A DNA stretch of 64,000 nt from Anaeramoeba ignava BMAN (taxonomy: Eukaryota > Protista > Anaeramoebae): assembly GCA_028826165.1 (NCBI GenBank), contig JAPDFW010000057.1, positions 124,001-188,000 of the forward strand, given 5' to 3'. Both the position numbers and the translations under genes were made by a program. The notes beneath the pieces are model-generated. The model made no database searches. It was not told where the DNA came from and was given only the letters and a program-made list of their open reading frames with translations. Of the stretch, positions 52,435 to 62,668 are shown piece by piece; position 1 is the first letter of the stretch; the number at the start of each line of letters is the position of its first letter.

Positions 52435-52517
52435 TTGATTTTTAGATGAAAAAAAATGAAAAAAATTTTTATCATTTTTTTTTTCATTTTTTTTTATTTT
52501 TTTTTCCCTTTTGATAA
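52435..52517. promoter_or_regulatory. 83-bp putative bidirectional promoter between PDI and Rab
   Basis: Near-palindromic ATGAAAAAAAATGAAAAAAA-TTTTTATCATTTTTTTTTTCAT between two divergent ATGs. Confidence 0.6.
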
Positions 52518-54369
52518 TGACTGATCTTTTATTTAAAATTATTATTTTTGGTTGGCAAACCGTTGGCAAAACATCTTTAATAAATCGATATGTTGTAAAT
52601 TTTCAATTAAAATCTCAAATTCTTTTGTTTTAAACAAAAAAAAATCCAAAAAAATTAAAATAAATATAAAAAATAAAATAAAAACGTTTTATAAAATCTT
52701 TTATTTATTTAGGATAATATTTTCGCTCATGAAGCAATTGAAACAATTGGTGTTGATTTTGTATTTTTCTTTTTAATTCTTTTCTAGTTTTTTTCCCTTT
52801 TTTTTCTTTATTAAAAAATGTATTTATTATTCATTCATTTATAAATTTAGAAAGATAAAACTTTGGCTGTTGAAGGAAAAACTGTTAAACTACAACTTGT
52901 AAGTTTAAACTATTTTTATTGGATTTGAAACTTCAATTTCGAATAAAAAACTGAAATAAACATTTTAAATGAAATTTAAATGAAATTTTAATATTGAATT
53001 TTATTTTAAATTTAATTTTGATTTTAATTTTAATTTTAATATTAATTTTAATTTTAATTTTAATTTTAATTTTAATTTTAATTTTTCTTTTTAATTTTAA
53101 GTTTTTAATTTTCTTTTTAAAAATTTTTATTATTTATTTAATTTTTAATTTTAAATTTAATTTGAAGGAAATAAATACAATTTTAATTTTAATTTTTTAT
53201 TTTTTTTTTAATTTTAAAAACTTAAAATTTTAAATTTTAATTTTAATTTTAATTTTAATTTTAATTTTAATTTTAATTTTTAATTTTAATTTTAATTTTA
53301 ATTTTAATTTTGAATTTAATTTTAATTTGAATTTTAATATTAATTTTAAATTTAATTTTAATTTTAAATTTGATTTTAATTTTAATTTTAATTTTAATTT
53401 TAATTTTAATTTTAATTTTAATTTTAATTTTAATTTTATAAATGAATTTTATAAAGTGGGATACAGCAGGCCAAAAAAAATATCAAATTCCTTTTACATC
53501 AACAATCTATAAGTAAAAGAAAAGAAAAGAAAAGAAAAGAAAAGAAAAGAAAAGAAATAAATTTTAATTTAATTTAATTTTAAATTTATCATTTTTTTAT
53601 GATATTAATTAATTAATATTCTTATTTATGAAAGAAATTCACATGCTTTTATTGTTGTATTTGATTTGACTTCATATGAATCTTTGGTTCAAGTTCAAGA
53701 ATTTCTTGATAAAATTGAACAATCAGTCGAAGGAAGATTGATTGTTATTGTAGGAAATAAATGTGATTTACCTCAAATTATTAATAATCCTGAAGAGGAA
53801 TTACTTGTAACTTTCAAAACAAAATTCAATTAATATTATAAATTTAATTTTAATTTTAATTTTAATTTTAATTTTAATATTAATTTTAATTTTAATTTTA
53901 ATTTTAATTTTAATTTTATAAATAATTTAAAATGAATTTTAATTTTATAAATAATTTAAAATGAATTTTAATTTTATAAATGAATTTTAATTTTATAAAT
54001 GAATTTTAATTTTATAAATGAATTTTAATTTTAATATTAATTTAAAATGAATTTTAATTTTAATTTTATAAATGAATTTTAATTTTATAAATTAATATTA
54101 ATTTTATAAATGAATTTTAATTTTAATTTTAATTTTATAAATGAATTTTAAAGAAATATACTCGAGGAAAAAAATATAAATTATTCTATACAAGTGCTAA
54201 AGATGGAACAAATGTAGATGAATTATTTCGATATATTGCAACAGAATTAACAAAAACTTCAGTTCCTACAAGAACAAGAGATGAACCACTTGCATTAACT
54301 TCAGATAGTGAAGATGACCAAGCTCAAAATAATCAACATGTTAAACCAAATCAATCAAAATGTTGCTAA
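52518..54369 (+). CDS. Divergent Rab-family GTPase, 6 exons
   Basis: GWQTVGKTS, TIGVDF, WDTAGQ, VGNKCD, TSAKDG and C-terminal KCC*. All introns are GT-AG and in frame. Confidence 0.9.
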
Positions 54370-54749
54370 ATCTAAATTCTTCTCTTTATTTTCTTAAAAA
54401 AAAAAATCAAAACAAAATTATCTTTTATTTGCCTTTTTTACTTTTTTTCTTTTTTTCTTTTTTCGTTCCACTTTTTTTCCTTTCAATTAAAAATAATAAA
54501 TAAAAAATAATTACTAATTTTTAAATAATTTTTACTAATTTTTATTTTTAATTAAAAAAAAAAAAGAAAAAAAAATTTTTTTTAAGTTTTTTTTTTTTCA
54601 TTTTTTTCCATCATTTCCAATTTTAAATTAAAAAAAAAAATAAATAATAAACGGTAAAAGAGAAAATTAAAAATAAAATTAAAAAATAAAAATAAAATTA
54701 AATTAAAAATAAAAATAATAATTAAAATTATCAATAAAAATTATAAGAA

Positions 54750-54992
54750 ATGCAAAACGACGAAGGAAAACTTGTTGATAAGTATATCCCAAGAAAATGT
54801 TCAGCAACAAACAGAGTAATTACACCAAAAGATCATGCAGCGATTCAAATTAGTATTCCTGATGTTGGAAAGCAAGGAAAAATCAAACCAGGAGAAACTA
54901 CTTTTGTGATTTGTGGTTTCCTAAGAGATAGAGGTGAAAGTGATGCTGCTATGAATAGATTGGCAAAAGAAAATGGTTTCCTTAAACTCTAA
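54750..54992 (+). CDS. RPS21: 40S ribosomal protein S21 (eS21)
   Basis: MQNDEGKLVDKYIPRKCSATNRVI..KDHAAIQI..ICGFLRDRGESD. Confidence 0.97.
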   Translation: MQNDEGKLVDKYIPRKCSATNRVITPKDHAAIQISIPDVGKQGKIKPGETTFVICGFLRDRGESDAAMNRLAKENGFLKL

Positions 54993-55160
54993 ATTTAATT
55001 ATCTTCTTTCTAGATTCGTCCTTTCTTCCCCTTATTTTTACTTTTACTTTTACTTTGACTTTTACTTTTTTTTCTCTTTCTTCTTTCATTTCCAAAAAAT
55101 AATAAAAACTTACAATTTTAAAAAATTAAACTTAAACTTAAACTTAATATTCAATTCAAT

Positions 55161-56083
55161 TATTAAAATAATAATTTAATATTTTAGATTTAAATATTTT
55201 ATTATTTAAATATTTAACATATAAATATAAAAAATAAGAATAGATTTAATTTAATATTTAATTTATAAATTAATTTAAAAATATAATTTAATATTTAATT
55301 TTATTATTAAAATAATAATTTAATGTTTTAGATTTAAATATTTTATTATTTAAATATTTAACATATAAATATAAAAATTAAGAATAGGTTTAATTTAATA
55401 TTTAAAAATAAATTAATTTAAAAATATAATTTAATATTTAATTTTATGTTTAAAATATTAATTTAATGTTTTAGATTTAAATATTTTATTATTTAAATAT
55501 TTAACATAAAAATATAAAAAATAAGAATAGGTTTAATTTAATATTTAATTTATAAATTAATTTAAAAATATAATTTAATATTTAATTTTATGTTTAAAAT
55601 AATAATTTATTGTTTTAGATTTTTAAATTTAAATATTTTATTATTTAAATATTTAACAAAATAAATATAAAAATAATGAAAATAGATTTAATTTAATATT
55701 TAATTTATAAATTAATTTAAAAATATAATTTATTATTTAATTTTATGTTTAAAATAATAATTTAATGTTTTAGATTTAAATATTTTATTATTTAAATATT
55801 TAACATATAAATATAAAAAATAAGAATAGGTTTAATTTAATATTTAATTAATAAATTAATTTAAAAATATAATTTAATATTTAATTTTATGTTTAAAATA
55901 ATAATTTAATGTTTTAGATTTAAATATTTTATTATTTAAATATTTAACATAAAAATATAAAAATAAAAATAGATTTAATTTAATATTTAATTTATAAATT
56001 AATTTAAAAATATAATTTAATATTTAGTTTTATTATTAAAATAATAATTTATTGTTTTAGATTTAAATATTTTATTATTTAAA
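55161..56083. repeat. Tandem satellite with a 144-bp unit, about 6.4 copies
   Basis: The G of the TTTTAGATTT anchor recurs at 55187, 55331, 55474, 55618, 55773, 55917 and 56060. Confidence 0.9.
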
Positions 56084-56486
56084 AATATTTTGAAAATTGA
56101 TTTTTGAAATTAAAATTTTATCTTTTTGAATTAAATTGAATTAATATTAATTTAGAAATTTGTTTTAAAATTTAAATTTATTAATAATTTTAAATTCCAA
56201 AAAAAAAAATTAAATTAAAAATTAAATTAAAATAATTTTCTTTTTTTTTTAATAAAAAAAATTAATAAAAAAAATAATAATTTATTAATAAAATAATTTA
56301 AAATAATAAATTAAAAAGAAAATTAAATTAATTATTAATTTAAATTTATTCTTATTTTTTATATTTTTATTTATTTTCAAAATCCAATTTTTTTATTTAA
56401 ATTTTTTATTTAAATTTTTTTTTCATTTTTTTCCTTTTTTTTAAAACAAAAAACAAAAACAACAAACAAAAAAACAAAAAAGCAAA

Positions 56487-58028
56487 ATGGATAACAATGA
56501 TAATAATAACCAAATTGAAAATGCAAATGAAAATGAAAATGAAAATGAAATGAAAAATTTAGAAAAAAAAGTAACAAAAAATTTAATTAAAGATTATTCA
56601 AACCTTTTAAATGGAAATTCATTTAAAGATTTTTCAATTTTTGTTGAGAATAAATCAAACCCTTTTGAAATTAAAGTTCATAAATCAATTTTATCTTCAA
56701 GATCTCCTTTTTTTAATGAATCATTAAGACAAGAATCTCTTTTTATTTCTTTAAATCAATTTAATAAAAAAGAAATGGAATCAATTTTGAAATATATTTA
56801 TTATGGAAATATTTCTTTTGAGAATCAAGAAAATCTTCTCCAATTATTAGAAATTTCAATTTATTTTAAATTAAATTTATTGAAAGAAATTATTCAAAAA
56901 AAAATTTCAAATTCAATTAATTATTCAAATTTTTTCCAATTTTTTTTCCAAAATCGAAATTTAAATTCAAATGAAATTGAAATAAAATGTTTTGAATTAA
57001 TAAATCAAAATTTTTCCCAAATTCAAAATAATGAGAATTTATTCAATTTAACTAAAGAAGAAATTATCAAATTTATTCAATTTAAACAAGAAAAAAAAGA
57101 AATTTTTCAATTTGATTTTTTTCAATTTTTGAATAATTGGATTGAAAAAAGAAATGAAAGATTAAAAGGAAAGAAAGAAAAAGAAAGAGAAATTGAAAAG
57201 AAAAGATTATTTCATTCTTTTTTTTCATTATTTGATAAAGATTCAATTTCAAAACAAGATTTTGATAAATTAAAACAATTTGATATTTTTCCTAAATCTT
57301 TTTTAGTTAATATTCAAAACAAAGTTATTCAAGAAAATCAACAAATGAAAATTGAAATTGAAGATAAAAACAAGGAAATTGAAGAGAAAGAGAAAGAGAT
57401 TGAGAAAATGAAGCCTATTTTAGATCAATATCAAAAACAAATGAAAGAAATCGATAAAATTTTTTCAGATTCAGAAATTATTAAAGATATTGAATATGCT
57501 AAGAAATTACAAGAATGGATAAATGATAATGATTTCTTTTCTAAAATGAAAAAAGGATTTTCAGCAAAAAGAGATGGATTTGATTCTGAAAATTGGCATA
57601 AAGCAGTTGATGGGAAAGGAAAAACATTAGTTATTATCAAAACAGAAGATAATTTTATTTTTGGAGGATTTACTCAAGTTGGATTTAAATATGTTCAATC
57701 AGGTGGAGAATATATTAATGACTCAAATGCATTTATTTTTTCATTAAGAAATGATAAAGGAGATAGAAAACCTGCAAAGTTTACTTATAAACAAGGAAAA
57801 GAAAAATATGCAATTTATTCTCGTTTAAATAGAGGTCCATATTTTGGAAATCCAACTTATTTTGGGGATTTTTCTTTAAAAGAAAAATTACAAAATGGTT
57901 ATTCAAATTTTGGTCTTAGTTATAATTTACCTAATGGAATTACTTATGGAACAAATGAAGCTAAAAGTTATTTAGCTGGTTCTTATAATTCATGGGTTGT
58001 TGATGAACTTGAAACTTATTTCATTTAA
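56487..58028 (+). CDS. BTB/POZ, coiled-coil, TLDc protein; intronless
   Basis: IKVHKSILSSRSPFF..ILKYIYYG; SAKRDGF..WHKAVDGKGKTLVIIKT..IFGGFT..AFIFSL..YLAGSY..VDELETY. Confidence 0.92.
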   Translation: MDNNDNNNQIENANENENENEMKNLEKKVTKNLIKDYSNLLNGNSFKDFSIFVENKSNPFEIKVHKSILSSRSPFFNESLRQESLFISLNQFNKKEMESILKYIYYGNISFENQENLLQLLEISIYFKLNLLKEIIQKKISNSINYSNFFQFFFQNRNLNSNEIEIKCFELINQNFSQIQNNENLFNLTKEEIIKFIQFKQEKKEIFQFDFFQFLNNWIEKRNERLKGKKEKEREIEKKRLFHSFFSLFDKDSISKQDFDKLKQFDIFPKSFLVNIQNKVIQENQQMKIEIEDKNKEIEEKEKEIEKMKPILDQYQKQMKEIDKIFSDSEIIKDIEYAKKLQEWINDNDFFSKMKKGFSAKRDGFDSENWHKAVDGKGKTLVIIKTEDNFIFGGFTQVGFKYVQSGGEYINDSNAFIFSLRNDKGDRKPAKFTYKQGKEKYAIYSRLNRGPYFGNPTYFGDFSLKEKLQNGYSNFGLSYNLPNGITYGTNEAKSYLAGSYNSWVVDELETYFI

Positions 58029-58129
58029 AAAATAATCAAAACTAAAAGTTGAATAAAAAGAAAATTGGAAAGAAATTTTATTCTTTAAAAGAAAAAAAGA
58101 AAAAAAGAAAAAAAGAATAAATTTTAAAT

Positions 58130-59019
58130 TCAATCAACAAATTCCATTGGATCATCATCTTCAATCGAATCAACTTCATCTAATTCAATTTTGACTTTCT
58201 TTGAAGCTTTTAATTTATTTTTAACAAGTTTTGATTGACGAAAAATTATTTCAAGAGGATTTTGTTCAGATAATCCAATTTTTTTAGAAATTAATGATTC
58301 AATCAAAGAAGCAAAATTTTTTCTTTTCATTTCCAAATTAAAATGAGGTTGATTAATTGTTTCATGATTAACAATCAATAATAAAAGTTCCTAAAAAAAA
58401 TAAAAAAAAATCAAAAAAATTAAATCAAAAAAAAAAAAAAACTGTTTCTTTTCTTACTTGAGTTGCTTCACTAAATTTTGGATTGTCAGCAAATTTGGAT
58501 AAATTTATTCTTGCAAAATTTAATGCTGCTTTTAAATCTTTTTTTTGAACTATTTCAATAAATTGATGAGTAAGAAATTCAAATTCAATTTCTTCATTTT
58601 CTCGAATAAGTGTTGCAAAATTTTCATCTAATAATTTTTTTGCTTTTTCTAATTGTCCTTCAAGAATAAGTGAAGGAATTTCTGTTAAAAATCAAAGATA
58701 AAAATAGAATAAAATTGATTTAATATTTTTTTCTTTCTCCAATAAAATATATAAAATATAAACTTGCAATTTGTTTCTCTTATTAACCTTTTTTTAATGT
58801 AAATGTTTTTTCATCAAAATTAACAAATTCAGGTTTTGTTTTTTCGTCAATTTGATTGATAAAAGCTTGAACTGTTTTTTGACTGCATTTTCTTGTTAAA
58901 TGTGAAAGAATAATTTTTTGTAAATTAACTCCATAATTTTCTTCTTTGATTTCAATTTCCATAAGATTTTTTTTTGAAACTTCAAGTTTTGGTTCTATTA
59001 AAGGAGGGATAGCATACAT
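58130..59019 (-). CDS. LisH/CTLH/CRA protein (GID8/Twa1-like CTLH E3 ligase subunit), 3 exons
   Basis: LisH-like NLQKIILSHL; CTLH EIPSLILEGQLEKA..IEFEFLTHQFIEIV; CRA AALNFARINL. Confidence 0.75.
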
Positions 59020-59114
59020 TTTAAAGAAAAGGAAAAAAAAGGAAAAAAATGAAAAAAATGAAAAAAAAATTTATGAAAAAAAATTCATTTTTCATTTTTC
59101 TTTTATTTTTAATT

Positions 59115-61038
59115 TTAAATGGAATTATAAGTTGGAATCATATATTTAATTTTTTTATAAGAATCTTGACCTCCATATAATTCCATTAATTCTAAAGTTT
59201 CTTGAACAAGATCTGCAACATTTTTTCTTTTATTTTGTGAATATTCAATAGAATCTCCTAAATTTTTATTTTTAATTTTCAAAATATTGAAAACAGATAA
59301 TAATTTTTTTGAATATTGTTGAACAATAATTTCTCCAACTCCTTCAGCTGAAAGTATTAATTTTTGAAGTAGATTTAATGTTTTAGTAATTATATCTAAA
59401 TCTTGGGTGTTCATTGCAGCTTGAAATTTAATCAATTTAATAACAATTTTCAAAAGAAATTAAATAACATTTTCAAAAGAAATTTAATAATATTTTCAAA
59501 AGAAATTTAATAAGAAATTTAATAATAAATTTAATAACATTTTCAAAAGAAATTTAATAATCATTTTCAAAAGAAATTTAATAATAAATTTAATAATAAT
59601 TTTAATAATAAATTTAATAATAAATTTAATAATAAATTTAATAATAAATTTAATAAGTATTTTCAAAAGAAATTTAATAATAATAATTTTAATAATAATT
59701 TTAATAATAAATTTAATAATAAATTTAATAGCATTTTCAAAAAGAAATTTAATAATAATTTTAATAATAATTTTAATAATAAATTTAATAATAATTTTAA
59801 TAATAAATTTAATAATAAATTTATTTATAAATTTAATAAGAAATTTAATAAGAAATTTAATAATAAATTTAATAAGAAATTTAATAATAATTTTAATAAT
59901 AATTTTCAAAAGAAATTTAATAATAAATTTAATAAAATTTAATAATAATTTTAATAAGAAATTTAATAATAAATTTAATAATAATTTTAATAATAAATTT
60001 AATAATAAATTTAATAATAAATTTAATAATAATTTTAATAATAATTTTAATAAGAATTTTAATAATAATTTTAATAATAATTTTAATAATCAATTTAATA
60101 ATAATTTTAATAATAAATTTAATAATAATTTTAATAATAATTTAATAATAATTTTCAAAAGAAATTTAATAACATTTTCAAAAGAAATTTAATAATAAAT
60201 TTAATAATAATTTTAATAATAATTTTAATAATAAATTTAATAACATTTTCAAAAGAAATTTAATAATAAATTTAATAAGAAATTTAATAATAAATTTAAT
60301 AAGAAATTTAATAATAAATTTAATAAGAAATTTAATAATAAATTTAATAAGAAATTTAATAATAAATTTAATAAGAAATTTAATAATAAATTTAATAATA
60401 AATTTAATAATAAATTTAATAATAAATTTAATAATAAATTTAATAAAGAAATTTAATAATAAATTTAATAATAATTTAATAATAAATTTAATAATAAATT
60501 TAATAATAATTTAATAATAATTTTAATAAGAAATTTAATAATAAATTTAAATAATAAATTTAATAATAATTTCAAAAGAAATTTAATAATAATTTTAATA
60601 AGAAATTTAATAATAAATTCAATAATAAATTTAATAATAATTTTAATAATAATTTTAATAATAATTTTAATAATAATTTTAAAAGAAATTTAATAAGAAT
60701 TTTAAAATACCTTTAATGGGATTAATTAATTTTGGAACAATAGAAACAATTTGATTACCACCTTCATCTAATAAATCATTTAAACCATCTACAGCAAGAA
60801 TTGAATAAGGAATTTGTTTTTCCCGAATTCCATCAAAAAAAACAGGAAGAAGAAAATCAAAATCCATTTCATCAAATTTTTGCAACCATTTTACACGATT
60901 TCCAATAGTTTTTGAATGATCAATTCTTATTGGAAGATCTCCTCTATCATAATAAAGTCTAAATTCTGTTTTGATCCTATTTTTATTTAGATTTTTATTT
61001 AGATTTTTATTTAGATTTTGTTTTTGTTTTTTATTCAT
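59115..61038 (-). CDS. PACRG: Parkin co-regulated gene protein, 2 exons
   Basis: TEFRLYYDRGDLPIRIDH, LLPVFFDGIRE, KNLGDSIEYSQ and GGQDSYKKIKYMIPTYNS. Confidence 0.93.
59450..60700. repeat. Intronic 12-bp minisatellite (AATAATAAATTT)n
   Basis: Fills the PACRG intron. Confidence 0.95.
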
Positions 61039-61291
61039 TTTAAAAAGAAAAAGAAAAAAATGAATAAGATCAGGAAAAAAAAATTCTTTTTAAATCAAAT
61101 TTAAAAATTAAAGTCAAATGTTTTTTTCTTTTTTTGTTTTTTTGTTTTTAATTTTAAAGATCAAAATTCTTTCAAAAAAGAGAATAAAAAAAAATTAAAT
61201 TTTTTCATTTTTTAATTTCATTTTTTTTTTTCCGTTTTTATTTTTTTATTTTTTTATTTTTTTATTTTTGAATAGAAAACAAAAAAAAAAT

Positions 61292-62585
61292 ATGCAAATT
61301 ATAGAATCAAGTGCTCCAGGAAAAATTATTCTTTTTGGTGAACATTCAGTTGTTTATGGAAAAACAGCAATTGCAGTTTCAATTAATTTAAGAACTCATG
61401 TTAAAATTATTCCTTATGAAAATGAAACAGAAAAACAAAAAATAAAGTAATAAAAAAAAAAAAACGTTTTATTTTTAAAAAGAAAAATTTTTTTTAATTA
61501 AATTAAATTAAATTGTTTATAGATTTAAAGATTTAAAAAGTAGTCAAAAAGTCATTTTTGAAATTATTCAAAATAATATTCAATTAAAAAAATGGAATTG
61601 TGATTCAAAAACACCACAAGTTTTTGCAGTTATTTTTAAAGAAATTATGAAAGAAAAAATTTTGTAAAAAAAGAAAAAAAAATATTTAATTGAAAAAATG
61701 ATAATAAAAATTTAAATCCATTTTTAGAAAACCAATCTTAATTGAAATTGAAAGTGAATTACCCATTGGAAGTGGATTAGGATCTTCTGCTTCTGTTTGT
61801 GTTAGTTTAAGTGCTGCTTTAATGAAATTTAGTGGAAAAATTGAAATTGATCAAAATGGAAAAATTACAAAGCAGTCATTGCAAGAAATTAATAAATTTG
61901 CACATTTAGGAGAAAAAATATATCATGCGAATTCTTCAGGAATTGATAATACAGTTTCAACATTTGGTTTGATATTATTTTTTATGAAAAAAAAAGTCAA
62001 ATTAAATTTTCAATTCATTTCAAATTGAAAAAAAAAAAATATAACAACAAAAAAGGAAGTATTTTAGTTTTTAATAAAAATCAAGATCCAAAATTTTATA
62101 ACATTTCCAAATTAAGATCAATGGGAATCCTTATAATTGATACAGGAATCAAAAGAAATACAGCTAAAATGGTCAAAATTGTTAGTGATTTATATTCAAA
62201 ATTCCCAAAAGTTGTAGATAAAATATTTGAATCTATGAATCAAATAAGTCTTGAATCAATTGAAAATTTAGAAAATTTTGAGAATTTGGAAGAAGAACAA
62301 AAGGAAGAAAAAATAATAGAAAATTTACAGCAATTAACCGAATTATCACATTGTTTATTAAATTCACTTGGAGTTGGGCATCCAAAAATAACTGAAATTA
62401 CTCAAATTTGTAATGAATTTGGGATTAAATGTAAAATTACTGGTGCTGGAGGTGGTGGTTGTTGTTTCTGTTTATTTTCTAAAAATCAAAGAGAAAAAAT
62501 TGAAAAAATTATGTTAAAACTTAATCAAATAAAAATTAAAAGCTTTATTACAAGCTTAGATAAAGAAGGTGCTATATTGATTTAA
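61292..62585 (+). CDS. MVK: Mevalonate kinase; exons 61292-61446, 61523-61663, 61728-61966, 62056-62585
   Basis: [28 protein letters not shown] (GHMP motif), [11 protein letters not shown] and [10 protein letters not shown]. Confidence 0.95.
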
Positions 62586-62668
62586 ACAAAAATAGATGAA
62601 ATAAAATTATTATCAAAAATAAAAACAAAACAAAACAATTTTTTTTTTTATTTTTTTTCTTTTCTAAA

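Noticed and set aside
55161-56083. CRISPR-like array
   Set aside because: Whole units repeat with no unique spacers, the context is eukaryotic, and there are no cas genes.
2999-60700. Dozens of low-complexity ORFs in the track (NIIL, FLDI, KIKI, ILIL, LNFV and similar)
   Set aside because: They are translations of intronic or intergenic 6n tandem repeats, or antisense frames of real exons.
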